Assembly: GCA_963718525.1 (NCBI GenBank)
Contig: OY970355.1
Span: 2,496,001-2,560,000, forward strand
DNA length: 64,000 nucleotides
Direction of reading: 5' to 3'
Source of the DNA: Candidatus Dormiibacterota bacterium
Lineage (GTDB): Bacteria; Chloroflexota; Dormibacteria; Aeolococcales; Aeolococcaceae
This document shows, one piece after another, positions 27,778 through 38,217 of the stretch (its first letter is position 1; the number at the start of each line of letters is the position of its first letter). A program made the position numbers and the translations under genes. Below the pieces are notes generated by a model. That model was not told the origin of the DNA. It saw only the letters and a list, made by a program, of their open reading frames with translations, and did no database searches.

Positions 27778-28947
27778 CTACGTGAGGACGCCCTCGCGCT
27801 CGCTCAAACCGACGGGCAGCGGCTTGCCTTCGGCGATCAACCGGGCGTCCTCCTCGGCGATTTCGTGCAATTCGCCGAGCAGCGCGCTGACGAGCTCGCC
27901 CTCGGGCAGCGTCGAAACCACCTTGCCGTTGCGGTACAGAATGCCCTTCTGGCGGCCGCCGGCGATGCCGATGTCGGCGTGCATGCCTTCGCCCGGGCCG
28001 TTGACGACACACCCCATGACCGACACCGTGATGGTGCGCTTCACACCCTCGAGCGCCTTGGACACCTGCGCGACCATCGGCATCATGTCGATCTCGAGCC
28101 GGCCGCACGTCGGGCACGCAACCAGGTTGGGTCCGTCACCGCGCTCCTGGAGATTGGCGAGGATCTGGCGTGCGACCCGCACCTCCTCCTCGGGAGAACC
28201 GACCAGCGAGACCCGGATGGTGTCACCGATGCCCTCGGCGAGCAGCAGGCCGATGCCGAGTGCGCTCTTGATGCTCCCAGTGTCCACTGGGCCCGCCTCG
28301 GTGAGCCCGAGATGCAGCGGGTAGCGGTTGCCGAGGGCGACGAAGGCACGATTCGCCGCGAGGTTGGTGAGCACGTCGCTTGCCTTGAGGGAAACCTTGA
28401 TGTCACGGAAGTCGAGCTCCTCGAGCACGCGGATGTGGCTCAAGGCGGCCGCTACCATGTTCTGAGCGGTCTCGTCGATCGATCCGCCCCGGCCGCGGGT
28501 CAGCTCCTTGCGCTGGGGGATGCTGCCGGCGTTGACCCCGATGCGGATCGGCACGTTGCGCGCCTTGGCCTCGCGGGCGATGTCGGCGACCTTGGCACTG
28601 TCGGTGATGTTGCCCGGGTTGAGGCGGAGGCAGTGCACCCCGGCCTCGAGCGCGAGCAGCGCGAGCGGCGCGTCGTAGTGAATGTCGGCGACAACCGGGA
28701 TCGGCGACTCGCGCACGATCTCGTGCAGTGCTGCCGCGGCCTCGCGCGTGTCGCAGGTCACGCGGATGACGTCGGCACCCGCCTGCGCCGCGCGCTGGAT
28801 CTGGGCGATGGTTGCCCGCGCATCCTCGGTCTGGGTCTTGGTCATCGTCTGCACCGCGATCGGTGCAGCACCGCCGATGACCACCGTGCCGACGCGAACC
28901 GGGACGGTGGGACGACGCGCCTTGACCGGCGAACCCCCTTCGGTCAT
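27778..28947 (-). CDS. ispG: HMBPP synthase (flavodoxin/ferredoxin-dependent)
   Basis: VQTMT.T.T, VADIHYD, RLNPGNI, IRIGVNAGS, PLHLGLTEAG, GIGDTIRVSL, CPTCGR, MGCVVNGPGE. Confidence 0.98.
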   Translation of the reverse strand: MTEGGSPVKARRPTVPVRVGTVVIGGAAPIAVQTMTKTQTEDARATIAQIQRAAQAGADVIRVTCDTREAAAALHEIVRESPIPVVADIHYDAPLALLALEAGVHCLRLNPGNITDSAKVADIAREAKARNVPIRIGVNAGSIPQRKELTRGRGGSIDETAQNMVAAALSHIRVLEELDFRDIKVSLKASDVLTNLAANRAFVALGNRYPLHLGLTEAGPVDTGSIKSALGIGLLLAEGIGDTIRVSLVGSPEEEVRVARQILANLQERGDGPNLVACPTCGRLEIDMMPMVAQVSKALEGVKRTITVSVMGCVVNGPGEGMHADIGIAGGRQKGILYRNGKVVSTLPEGELVSALLGELHEIAEEDARLIAEGKPLPVGLSEREGVLT

Positions 28948-30236
28948 AGCCTGCTCACGTCTCCGATGGTGACATACACGGCAAAGACGACGATGACCGC
29001 CAGGCCGACCGCGGTGATCGCCGCCTCGACCTTGGGATTAAGCCGCCGCCGGCGCACCGATTCGATAGCGATGAACAGCAGCTTGCCGCCGTCCAGGAAC
29101 GGGATCGGCAGCATGTTGACGAAGCCGAGGTTGAGGCTGATGAACCCGATCCACCAGAGCAGGCCGTTCGGTCCCAGGAATCCGTTGTTGGTGGCGACGG
29201 CGGTCTCCTGCGCGATCCCTACGGGGCCGGTGAAGCCCTGCGGTCCGTTGACCCCGCCCTGGGGTGGATGCACGATGAGGCCATAGATCCCCGTGACCTC
29301 CCCCCAGACGAACCCGGGGATCGCGCTGAACCCGGTCGCGATCGCGGCCGGCGGGCTCTCCCCGTCGAAGCCCGGGACGACACCCATGATCCAGCCGGCC
29401 CGGATCGCGTTGTTGGTCGCGTAGCCATCCGTGATCCCGGAAACCGTGACGTTGGTGAAGTGCTTCGCCGCCGAGCCGTCCTCGTTCTCGAGGTAGCCGC
29501 TGATGGTGACCGGCGCGCCGCCGCCAAGCAGCTGCGCCGGGTCGCCCGGCTGGACTGCTGCGCCGTTGATGGACGTCACCGCGAGGCCTCCGACAGGGAG
29601 CTTGCCGCCCGCGATCGTCGATTGGTTGTCGAGGATGTTGGAGATCGTCAGCGTCGGCGTCAGGGTGGTTGTGTGAACGCTGCCGTCCGAGGCACGGAAG
29701 ACCACCGTCAGCGGATGTCCCTGACTGGCGGTCGTCGCGTTGTGGAGGTCGGTCGTGACGTGAGCCAGGCTGTCCTGGCGGATGACGTGACCGTCGATCG
29801 CGAGGATGGTGTCGCCGGACGTCAGCCCCGCCGCCCCTGCCGCCGCATGCTGGGCGTACGCGTATGGCGTGGGTTGCATGTCGACGATCGCGAAGATCAG
29901 GCCGCCGAAGATGAAGTTGACGATGATGCCGGCCGAGACCGTCGCAAACCGCTTCGGACGTGATGCTCGGTAGAAGTTGCGGTCTCCGGCGTCGCTTTCG
30001 CCGGTGAGCCCGAGCATCCCAGCCATCCGCACGAAGCCGCCGGCCGGGATCGCGCGGATCGCGTAGAGGGTCTCTCCGACGGTCCGTGAGTAGAGCTTCG
30101 GGCCGAAGCCGATCGCGAACTCCTCCACCTTGATGCCGGACAGCTTGCCGACTGCGAAATGTCCGAACTCGTGCACGGTGATCACGGAGACGAGCACGAG
30201 GATGAATGCGCCCGCGTAGATGAGGAACTGGATCAT
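28944..30236 (-). CDS. rseP: RseP/M50 site-2 intramembrane zinc protease with PDZ-like domain
   Basis: VHEFGHF, FAIGFGP, IPAGGFVRM, GPVGI, N.LPIPFLDGG. Start ATG 30236. Confidence 0.93.
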   Translation of the reverse strand: MIQFLIYAGAFILVLVSVITVHEFGHFAVGKLSGIKVEEFAIGFGPKLYSRTVGETLYAIRAIPAGGFVRMAGMLGLTGESDAGDRNFYRASRPKRFATVSAGIIVNFIFGGLIFAIVDMQPTPYAYAQHAAAGAAGLTSGDTILAIDGHVIRQDSLAHVTTDLHNATTASQGHPLTVVFRASDGSVHTTTLTPTLTISNILDNQSTIAGGKLPVGGLAVTSINGAAVQPGDPAQLLGGGAPVTISGYLENEDGSAAKHFTNVTVSGITDGYATNNAIRAGWIMGVVPGFDGESPPAAIATGFSAIPGFVWGEVTGIYGLIVHPPQGGVNGPQGFTGPVGIAQETAVATNNGFLGPNGLLWWIGFISLNLGFVNMLPIPFLDGGKLLFIAIESVRRRRLNPKVEAAITAVGLAVIVVFAVYVTIGDVSRL

Positions 30237-31393
30237 CGCGCCGCCATCGCTCCCGCGGTGCTGGCACGCACGAACCCGCGTGCCCACGCGTCCGCGGCGA
30301 GCACGCCGTCGAGCGTGGAGGCGTCGCCTCCGGCGAAGCCGGCGAGGGCGCCGCTCACCAGGGGTACGATCTCGTCGAAGCGGCACTGGCCGGCGGTGAA
30401 CGCCAGCACGGCCTCCTCGTTCGCCGCGTTGAAGATGCACGGGGCGAGGCCTCCACGCTCCCCGCTCGCACGGGCGAGCGCGACGGCTGGAAAGCGCGCG
30501 TCGTCCACAGGAAGGAATTCCAGTGGTGACACTTCACGGAGGTCGAGGTGCGGACCTACGCCGGGGAGACGCTCACCGTCAGCCAGGGCGAGGGCGATGG
30601 GCACGCGCATGTCCGGGACGCCCATCTGCGCAATCAGTGCGCCGTCCTGGAATTCGACCCAGCTGTGCACGATGCTCGTCGGGTGGATCGCGACATCGAT
30701 TGCCGCGTACGGGGTGTCGAAGAGGAAGTGCGCCTCGATGATCTCGAGCCCCTTGTTCATCATCGTGGCCGAGTCGATGGTGACCTTCGGTCCCATGTTC
30801 CACGTCGGGTGGGCGAGCGCCTCGTCTGGTGTGATCGTCGCGAACGTATCGAGCGAACGCCGGAGGAATGGGCCGCCGCTTGCGGTGAGCACCAGCCGCG
30901 ACACCGACGCGGGATCCTCACCGCGGAGGCATTGCCACAGCGCGGAATGCTCGCTGTCGATGGGCACGATGCGCGCTCCCCTGGCCGCCGCTCGAGCTTG
31001 CACCAGCTCGCCCGCCATGACCAGGACTTCCTTGGTCGCCGTCGCCACGTTCGCGCCGGCGTCGATCGCCGCGAGCGTCGGCCGGAGTGCCGCGGCGCCC
31101 GTGATCGCGACGCAGACCACATCGGCGGGCATTGCCGCAATCTCGCACGCCGCATCCATGCCAATGGCGCAGCCTTCGGGGAGCTCGCCTCCGGGGTCGC
31201 CATGCACGAGCGCCGTGCGTGCCACACGGAAACGGCTCGCGACCGCAGCCAGTGCTGCACCATCACTCCCGGCGACGGCGCCAACCAGCTCGAAACGATC
31301 AGGGAACCTGGCGATCACGTCACACGCCTGACGCCCGATCGACCCGGTCGCGCCAAGCAGAACGACGCGTCGGCGGGGCGTGGTGTGGGTCAC
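30233..31393 (-). CDS. dxr: 1-deoxy-D-xylulose-5-phosphate reductoisomerase
   Basis: LGATGSIG, P.DSEHSA..QC, LTASGGPF, HPTWNMG.KVTIDSATMMNKGLE, NAANE. Start GTG 31393. Confidence 0.97.
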   Translation of the reverse strand: MTHTTPRRRVVLLGATGSIGRQACDVIARFPDRFELVGAVAGSDGAALAAVASRFRVARTALVHGDPGGELPEGCAIGMDAACEIAAMPADVVCVAITGAAALRPTLAAIDAGANVATATKEVLVMAGELVQARAAARGARIVPIDSEHSALWQCLRGEDPASVSRLVLTASGGPFLRRSLDTFATITPDEALAHPTWNMGPKVTIDSATMMNKGLEIIEAHFLFDTPYAAIDVAIHPTSIVHSWVEFQDGALIAQMGVPDMRVPIALALADGERLPGVGPHLDLREVSPLEFLPVDDARFPAVALARASGERGGLAPCIFNAANEEAVLAFTAGQCRFDEIVPLVSGALAGFAGGDASTLDGVLAADAWARGFVRASTAGAMAAR

Positions 31394-31451
31394 TGGTGCG
31401 CAGATACCTCGGTACGCAGTAGAGCAGAACACGCCACCGCTTTCACCCGGG

Positions 31452-32261
31452 TTACGGGAATGCGATCAGCTTCAGGTAGCAATATACGACTGGAGCGAGC
31501 AGAACAAGGCTATCCGCACGATCGAGAATGCCGCCGTGCCCCGGGATCAGCGTCCCTGAGTCCTTGACGCCGGCCTCGCGTTTGATCGCCGATTCGACGA
31601 GGTCTCCGCCCTGCGCGGCGACGGCCATCAGGGCTCCCAGCCCCGCGCCGAGCGGCACGCTGATCCCGATCAACCACGGGCCGGCGATCGCACCCACGAG
31701 CACCGAGGCGATCGCCCCGGCGACCGCGCCCTCGACCGACTTCCGGGGAGAGATCGAGCGGAAGAACGGATGCCGGCCGATCGCGCTGCCCACGAAGTAG
31801 GCTGCCGTGTCCCCGATCACCGCGCCCGCGAGGGCGACCGCGACCAGACGAAACCCCAGATGGTTCTGGTCCGGCACGTGCCAACGATAGATCGCGACCC
31901 AGAACCCGAGGCAGAGGCCGACGTACGTCGCCCCGCCAACAGCGAGCGCCCATCCCGCGAAGAGCTGCCGGCTCCCGAGCCCGGCGAGCAACCCGATCAC
32001 GACCGCTGCGGCGAAGGCCCAGTCCGTCGCCATGTCCGACGCGGGCACAACGAAACGAATGCCCAGCCAGAGGCTCAGTGGGAGGATCAGCCAGGCGGGT
32101 GGCGTCGGACCCATCCGGCCGAGGAGCCCGCGGAGCTCCCACGCCCCGATCACCGCTCCGGCGCCGACGATGGTGGCGACCCCCGGCGTGCCGATCCAGA
32201 GTGCGGCGGCGATGATCGCGACGAGCACCACCCCCGACGCCACCCTCAGGGCGAGGTTCAT
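31452..32261 (-). CDS. cdsA: Phosphatidate cytidylyltransferase
   Basis: DTAAYFVG..IGRH, ISPRKS.EG, GDLVES.IKR..GVKDSG..IPGHGG.LDR.DS. Start ATG 32261. Confidence 0.96.
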   Translation of the reverse strand: MNLALRVASGVVLVAIIAAALWIGTPGVATIVGAGAVIGAWELRGLLGRMGPTPPAWLILPLSLWLGIRFVVPASDMATDWAFAAAVVIGLLAGLGSRQLFAGWALAVGGATYVGLCLGFWVAIYRWHVPDQNHLGFRLVAVALAGAVIGDTAAYFVGSAIGRHPFFRSISPRKSVEGAVAGAIASVLVGAIAGPWLIGISVPLGAGLGALMAVAAQGGDLVESAIKREAGVKDSGTLIPGHGGILDRADSLVLLAPVVYCYLKLIAFP

Positions 32262-33052
32262 TCCGCCCGGCTGGCGTTCTGGACGGAGCCGGCGTGCGCG
32301 GGGACGCGCTCGACGCCTTCGGGGATGGCGCCGAACTTGCGCTCGCGACTCGAAAAGTCGGAGAGCGCCTCGTGAATCGCCGTCTCGCCGAAATCCGGCC
32401 ACAGCGTGTCGGTGACATACAGCTCGGCGTAGGCCGCCTGCCAGAGGAGGAAGTTGCTGATTCGGAGCTCCCCAGCGGTCCGCACGATGAGGTCCGGGTC
32501 CGGAAGACCTCGTGTGTAGAGCGCGTCACTGATGGCCGGCTCGTCGATCGCGGCGAGGTCGATGCCGGTAGAGGCGAGCTCACGGATCGCGTCCACGATC
32601 TCGCGCCTCCCCCCGTAGTTGATGGCGACGTTGAGAATGGCCGCGGTATCGCCCGCGGTGATCGCCTCGGCCTGGGCGACCTTCGCCTGCAGCGATTCGC
32701 TGAGCCGGGCGCGGTCGCCGATGACGCGGATCTGCACTCCGTTCTCATGGAGCTCGCCGACCTCGCGGTCGATGGTCTCTCCGAAGAGTCGCATCAGGGC
32801 CGTCACCTCACCGCGTGGCCGCTGCCAGTTCTCGGTGCTGAACGCATAGAGGGTGAGGATGTGCACCCCGGCCTGGTGACAGGCCTCCATCACCGGACGG
32901 ATCGCTCGCACCCCCGCTCGATGGCCGGCCACGCGGGGGAGGTGGCGCTGCCTGGCCCAGCGTCCATTGCCGTCCATGATGATGCCGACATGCCGCGGAA
33001 GGTCGGCCCTTGCGGGGAGCGGGATCGCGGCGGGATCGGGTGGGCGCTGCAT
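32258..33052 (-). CDS. uppS: cis-Prenyltransferase (undecaprenyl/polyprenyl diphosphate synthase)
   Basis: HVGIIMDGNGRWA, YAFSTENW.RP, NYGGR.EI, PDLI.RT.GE.RISNFLLWQ.AYAE, R.R.FG. Confidence 0.97.
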   Translation of the reverse strand: MQRPPDPAAIPLPARADLPRHVGIIMDGNGRWARQRHLPRVAGHRAGVRAIRPVMEACHQAGVHILTLYAFSTENWQRPRGEVTALMRLFGETIDREVGELHENGVQIRVIGDRARLSESLQAKVAQAEAITAGDTAAILNVAINYGGRREIVDAIRELASTGIDLAAIDEPAISDALYTRGLPDPDLIVRTAGELRISNFLLWQAAYAELYVTDTLWPDFGETAIHEALSDFSSRERKFGAIPEGVERVPAHAGSVQNASRAE

Positions 33053-33110
33053 TGTGGGGCTCGGGGTCAGAACGCCACGAAGGCATCAGCCGTTTCGGCG
33101 CCGGTCTCCG

Positions 33111-33704
33111 TCAGACCTCGAGGATCTCAGCCTCCTTCCGCTGGGTGGCGTCGTCGATCCTGGCGATGAACTGGTCAGTGATCTTCTGCACGTCGACCAG
33201 TTTGGAAGCCACCTCGTCCTTGCTGATATGGCCATCCTTCTCGACGCGGCGGAGATGGTCCACCTCATCCCGGCGGATGTTACGCACGGCCACGCGCGCC
33301 TCCTCCGCTTTGCGATGGATCACCTTGACGAGATCCTTGCGCCGCTCCTCCGTCAGCTGGGGGATCGCGACCCGAATCACCTGGCCGTCGTTGCTCGGGT
33401 TGAGCCCGAGGTCGCTCTTCTGGATTGCCTTCTCGATCGCGCCCAGCGAGCTGCGGTCGTACGGTTGGATCACGAGCATGCTGGCCTCGGGAACGCTGAT
33501 GCCTGCAATTGTCTGGAGTGGCGTGGCTGATCCGTAGTAGTCGACGTGAAGCCGTTCCAGCAACGCCGGCGACGCGCGACCGGTGCGCACCGTCATCAGC
33601 TCTCGATGCAGGGCGTCGACGCTCTTCTCCATGCGCAGGTTGGCGTCGGCGAGGCGCAGTGCGATCTGTTGCTCGGGGTCGTCCTGTTTGTCGCGGTCGG
33701 TCAC
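33111..33704 (-). CDS. frr: Ribosome recycling factor
   Basis: MEKS...[48 protein letters not shown]. Start GTG 33704. Confidence 0.97.
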   Translation of the reverse strand: MTDRDKQDDPEQQIALRLADANLRMEKSVDALHRELMTVRTGRASPALLERLHVDYYGSATPLQTIAGISVPEASMLVIQPYDRSSLGAIEKAIQKSDLGLNPSNDGQVIRVAIPQLTEERRKDLVKVIHRKAEEARVAVRNIRRDEVDHLRRVEKDGHISKDEVASKLVDVQKITDQFIARIDDATQRKEAEILEV

Positions 33705-34489
33705 TCGGCGTCGCCCTCCCCGTCCACTCGGGTCCCGATCTGCTCGCCGAGGATCACCCGCTCGATATTGCCCTGGGTGAACAGGTCGAAGACGATGATC
33801 GGCATCCGATTGTCCATGCAGAGCGTCACCGCGGTGCTGTCCATGATGGCGAGCCCGCGATTGAGCACCTCCAGGTACGTCAGCTTCGGCAGCCGCGTGG
33901 CGGTGGTGACCTTGTTGGGATCGGCGCTGTAGATGCCGTCGACCTTGGTGGCTTTCAGCAGCACGTCGGCGCCGATCTCGACGGCGCGAAGCGCCGCGGT
34001 CGTGTCGGTCGTGAAGAACGGGTTCCCGGTCCCCGCCGCGAGGATGACGAGGCGTCCTTTCTCGAGGTGCCTGATGGCGCGCCTCGGGATGAACGGCTCC
34101 GCGACCTGTGACATGGCGATCGCGCTCTGCAGCCGGCAGTCGATGCCGAATTGCTCGATGGCGTCGCGGAGCGCGAGCGCATTGATCACCGTCGCCAGCA
34201 TCCCCATGTAATCGGCTGTCACCCGGTCGATGCCGTGCTGGGCGGCCTCGGTGCCGCGCACGATGTTGCCGCCGCCGACGACGATGGCGACCTGCACGCC
34301 GCGCTCGACGATGTGGGTCAGCTGCTCGGCGATATGCCGCGCGGCGCCGTAGTCGATGCCGTACCCGGCGGTGCCGAGCATTGCCTCGCCGCCGAGCTTG
34401 AGGATGACGCGTGCGAACACCGGCCGGCGCCCGTCGGCGGCACGTGCCTCCACCGCGGCGAGCTCCACCTTGCCGGTTCCGAGGCTCAC
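33701..34489 (-). CDS. pyrH: UMP kinase
   Basis: [51 protein letters not shown]. Confidence 0.97.
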   Translation of the reverse strand: MSLGTGKVELAAVEARAADGRRPVFARVILKLGGEAMLGTAGYGIDYGAARHIAEQLTHIVERGVQVAIVVGGGNIVRGTEAAQHGIDRVTADYMGMLATVINALALRDAIEQFGIDCRLQSAIAMSQVAEPFIPRRAIRHLEKGRLVILAAGTGNPFFTTDTTAALRAVEIGADVLLKATKVDGIYSADPNKVTTATRLPKLTYLEVLNRGLAIMDSTAVTLCMDNRMPIIVFDLFTQGNIERVILGEQIGTRVDGEGDAE

Positions 34490-35127
34490 TCGGACGGCGG
34501 CGCGGTGGCGCCGTCGCTCTCGGTGCTCTCGCTGCCCACGGCAAAGCGGGCGAATCTCGCAACAGTGATGTTCTCGCCGAGCTTGGCGATTGCCTCCGTC
34601 ACCAGGTCGCCGACCTTCTTCTTGTCGTCCTTGATCCAGGGCTGCTCGAGCAGGCAGATCTGCGAATAGAAGGAGTCGAGCTTGCCGGTGAGGATCTTCT
34701 CGACAATGTTCTCAGGCTTGCCCTGCACCTGCTCGCGATAGACGGCGCGCTCGCGTTCGACGATCTCCGCGGGGACATCCTCGCGCCGCACGTATTGCGG
34801 CGCCATGCCGACGACCTGGAGCGCGAGGGTGTGGGCGAGGTCCTTGAAGTCGTCCGTCTTGGCGACGAAGTCCAACTCGCAGTTGAGCTCGATGAGCGCG
34901 CCCTGCTTGGCGATGCCGCCGGAATGGTGGATGTACGAATCGACGATGCCCTCGTTGGTGCTGCGTCCTGCTTTCGCGGCCGCTCGGGAGAATCCCTTGG
35001 CGCGCAGCCAGTCCTCGGCCCTGTCCATGTCGCCGTCGCACTCAACCAGAGCTCGCTTGCAGTCCATCATGCCCGCGCCGGTGCGCTCGCGCAGGGCCTT
35101 GACCATCGCTGCTGTGACCTCTGCCAT
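34486..35127 (-). CDS. tsf: Elongation factor Ts (short type)
   Basis: [44 protein letters not shown]...RF.RF. Confidence 0.97.
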   Translation of the reverse strand: MAEVTAAMVKALRERTGAGMMDCKRALVECDGDMDRAEDWLRAKGFSRAAAKAGRSTNEGIVDSYIHHSGGIAKQGALIELNCELDFVAKTDDFKDLAHTLALQVVGMAPQYVRREDVPAEIVERERAVYREQVQGKPENIVEKILTGKLDSFYSQICLLEQPWIKDDKKKVGDLVTEAIAKLGENITVARFARFAVGSESTESDGATAPPSE

Positions 35128-36032
35128 CAGCTCGTCGCCTCCCCTGCGGCAACCGGTGCACCGGTCGCCGCCGGATCCTCGGCGGCAGCCGTAGCAGCCG
35201 AGGCAGCCTGCTCAGCCGCGATGGCGTCCGCATGTGCAGCGGCCGCTGCCGCCTGCTCGGCGGCGACGACCGCGGCTGCTTCAGCCGCAGCTGCGGCTTC
35301 GCGATCGCGCTTCTCGGCCTCCTGCCGTTCCTGCAACTCGCGCTCGCTGAACTGCTGCAGACCCTCGGCGATCGCCTTGCCGACTTCGCTCACAATCAGC
35401 CGGCAGCTGCGCATGGCATCGTCATTGCCGGGAATCACCACCTGGATGGGATCAGGGTCGCAGTTCGTGTCGACGATGGCCACGATCGGGATGTTCAGCT
35501 TGTTGGCCTCGGTGACCGCAATGTGTTCCTTCTTGCAGTCGATGACGAAGACCGCTCCAGGGAGGCGCTTCATGTCCGCCATCCCCGCGAAGTTGTTCTC
35601 GAGGCGCTCGAGGTCGTCCTTTGCGTCGTTGGCCTCCTTGCCGCTCATCCGCTCGAAGTCACCGCGCTGCTGCATGACGCGAAGCTCTGCCAGGCGGCGC
35701 AACCGGCGTTGGATGACCTGGAAGTTGGTGAGCATCCCGCCCATCCAGCGGTGGGTGACGTAGGCCTGCCCGGTGTTGTGGCAGACCTCCTCGATGACGT
35801 CCTGCGCCTGCTTCTTGGTACCGACGAAGAGGACCTTCTGGCCGCTCCCGACGATATCTCGCAGGTACTCGCAGGCGACATCGAGCTGCTTCTGGGTTTG
35901 CTCGAGGTCGATGATGTGGATCCCGTTTCGCGCCGTGAAGATGTACGGGCGCATCCGGGGGTTCCAGCGGCTGGTCTGATGGCCGAAATGGACTCCGGCC
36001 TCGAGCAGCTGACGCAGTGTTACTGCCGGCAT
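35127..36032 (-). CDS. rpsB: 30S ribosomal protein S2 with Ala-rich C-terminal extension
   Basis: LLEAGVHFGHQT.RWNP.M, LFVGTKKQA, RW.GGMLTNF, DTNCDPD, PGNDDA. Start ATG 36032 with AGGAG SD. Confidence 0.98.
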   Translation of the reverse strand: MPAVTLRQLLEAGVHFGHQTSRWNPRMRPYIFTARNGIHIIDLEQTQKQLDVACEYLRDIVGSGQKVLFVGTKKQAQDVIEEVCHNTGQAYVTHRWMGGMLTNFQVIQRRLRRLAELRVMQQRGDFERMSGKEANDAKDDLERLENNFAGMADMKRLPGAVFVIDCKKEHIAVTEANKLNIPIVAIVDTNCDPDPIQVVIPGNDDAMRSCRLIVSEVGKAIAEGLQQFSERELQERQEAEKRDREAAAAAEAAAVVAAEQAAAAAAHADAIAAEQAASAATAAAEDPAATGAPVAAGEATS

Positions 36033-36142
36033 GGGCGGTCGCTCCTGTTGGGGTGGTGTGGTGCCTCCGTCCGGGGTGAACCGCGGCGGCGACCCGGGGG
36101 CACCGGGCACCCGCCGGCCGCGTGAAACCGGACGTGTGAGAT
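36033..36142 (-). promoter_or_regulatory. Structured rpsB 5' leader (S2 leader / t44-like) with an extended -10 promoter just upstream
   Basis: Long hairpin CGTCCGG...CCGGACG with a GGGTGC bulge complementary to downstream GCACC (pseudoknot); ACACG and CGGAGG flanks; TGG-TACACT at 36149-36157. Confidence 0.7.
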
Positions 36143-36190
36143 GACCCGAGTGTACCAGCCCCGCCGGCTCCCCACACCTGGGGCACGGCG

Positions 36191-37642
36191 TCAGAGCACG
36201 TAGCGGCGAAGGTCCTGGTTTCGGACCAGGTCGCCGAGGCGCTCGCCGACGTATGCGGCGTCGATGACCACGGTTGTCCCCGCGAGCTCCTCGGCCCCGA
36301 ATGAGATCTCCTCGAGGACCTTCTCCATGATGGTGAACAGGCGGCGCGCTCCGAGGTTCTCGTCCTCCTCGTTGAAGCGATGAGCCTGAGCCGCGAGCTC
36401 GCGAATGCCCTCGGGGGTGAAGTCCAGCGAGACGCGTTCGGTCCCAAGCAGCGCCGCGTACTGCCGCGTCAGCGCATTGCCGGGCTCGGTGAGGATCCGG
36501 ACGAGGTCGTCCTCGCTGAGCGGTTTCAGCTCGACGCGGATCGGAAAGCGCCCCTGGAATTCCGGGATCAGGTCACTGGGCCGCGCCGCCGTGAAGGCTC
36601 CCGCGGCGATGAACAGGACGTGGTCGGTTCGGACCGGGCCGTATCTGGTGTGCACGGTCGATCCCTCGAGGATCGGAAGCAGGTCACGCTGCACACCCTC
36701 ACCGCTCACGTCTGGTCCGCGGTCGGATGCCGGGCCGCAGATCTTGTCGACCTCGTCGATGAACACGATCCCCAACTCCTCGACCACGTGGATCGCGTCG
36801 TCATAGACACGATCCATGTCGATGAGGCGGTCGGTCTCCTCGTCGATGAGGACCTGGCGGGCATCCGCGACGGTCATGAGCTTCTTCCGCTTGCGTGGCG
36901 GTGCAAGCTGTGAAAAGAAGTCGGACAGGGAGACGCCGACCTCCTCGAGCCCGGTCCCGGTGAACCCCTCGAAGGCGGGTTGAAAGGGCTCGTCGACCTC
37001 GATCTCGACGGTCGCGTCCTCCAGCGCTCCCGCCGCGAGCCGGCGCGCGATCCGGCCGCGCCGGGCACGAGCCCGGCAAGTCGCAGCGGTCGTGTTCGCT
37101 TCGCCGCCGGCATCGTTCGTCGGGGATGGCGATGCACGCTGGCGCTCGTTTCCCTCGTGCAGTGTCTCGACCAAGCGCGCATCGGCGAGGACTCGCGCGC
37201 GGGGTTCGACCTCGGCGACGCGGTCCTCGTGCAACTCCGTGATGGTCTGCTCGAGGAGATCGCGAAGGATCAACTCGACGTCGCGACCGACGTAGCCAAC
37301 TTCGGTGAACTTGGTCGCCTCCACCTTGATGAACGGCGACTCGGTCAGACGAGCCACCCGCCTTGCGATCTCGGTCTTGCCAACGCCGGTCGGCCCGATC
37401 ATCAGAATGTTCTTGGGGAGAACCTCGTCGCGCATGTCGTCGGGGAGCATGCGGCGTCGTACCCGGTTGCGCAGCGCGATCGCGACCGATCGCTTCGCCT
37501 CGTGCTGCCCGATGATGTACTCGTCGAGACGGCGCACCACCTCGACGGGACGAAGCGTCTCGCCCGCGACCGCCTCGATCAGGTCGTGGGGTCGTTCGTC
37601 GATCTCGTCCGGGCCCTGCTCCACGGCTGCGGCGCTGGTCAC
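36191..37642 (-). CDS. hslU: HslUV protease ATPase subunit
   Basis: [78 protein letters not shown]. Confidence 0.97.
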   Translation of the reverse strand: MTSAAAVEQGPDEIDERPHDLIEAVAGETLRPVEVVRRLDEYIIGQHEAKRSVAIALRNRVRRRMLPDDMRDEVLPKNILMIGPTGVGKTEIARRVARLTESPFIKVEATKFTEVGYVGRDVELILRDLLEQTITELHEDRVAEVEPRARVLADARLVETLHEGNERQRASPSPTNDAGGEANTTAATCRARARRGRIARRLAAGALEDATVEIEVDEPFQPAFEGFTGTGLEEVGVSLSDFFSQLAPPRKRKKLMTVADARQVLIDEETDRLIDMDRVYDDAIHVVEELGIVFIDEVDKICGPASDRGPDVSGEGVQRDLLPILEGSTVHTRYGPVRTDHVLFIAAGAFTAARPSDLIPEFQGRFPIRVELKPLSEDDLVRILTEPGNALTRQYAALLGTERVSLDFTPEGIRELAAQAHRFNEEDENLGARRLFTIMEKVLEEISFGAEELAGTTVVIDAAYVGERLGDLVRNQDLRRYVL

Positions 37643-38217
37643 GCCAGGACGGGTGCGGCGGCACCGGGCGCCGCGAGCGCAAGGGTTTCGACGGTGATGT
37701 TGTCGTTCGTGTAGATGCAGAGGCGAGCTGCGATGAGCAGGGCTCGCCGCGCGATGTCCTCAGCGCCGAGGTCGGTGCTTTCGAGCAGCGCGGCCGCGGC
37801 CGCGTGTGCGTACGGTCCCCCGCTGCCGATCGCCACCACACCGTCGCCGTCGTCGGGTTCGATGACCTCGCCGTCGCCGCTCAGGAGCAGGATCCGGTTG
37901 GCGTCAGCCACGATGAGCATCGCTTCGAGACGGCGCAGGTACTTGTCGGTGCGCCACTCTTTGCTGAGACCGATGGCCGCCCGCACCAGGTTGCCCTGGT
38001 GCTTGTCGAGGTGCTGCTCGAACTTGTCGAACAGTGTCAGCGCATCGGCAACGGCCCCTGCGAATCCGCACACGATCTGGCCGTGGAACAGCCGCCGCAC
38101 CTTCGAGGCACGCGCTTTCATCACGATGTCCCCCACGGTCACCTGGCCATCGCCGGCCACTGCCACCGTTCCACCGCGCTGCACCGCCACGACGGTCGTC
38201 GCGTGCGCGCCGGTCAT
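37639..38217 (-). CDS. hslV: HslUV protease peptidase subunit
   Basis: [50 protein letters not shown]. Start ATG 38217. Confidence 0.97.
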   Translation of the reverse strand: MTGAHATTVVAVQRGGTVAVAGDGQVTVGDIVMKARASKVRRLFHGQIVCGFAGAVADALTLFDKFEQHLDKHQGNLVRAAIGLSKEWRTDKYLRRLEAMLIVADANRILLLSGDGEVIEPDDGDGVVAIGSGGPYAHAAAAALLESTDLGAEDIARRALLIAARLCIYTNDNITVETLALAAPGAAAPVLA

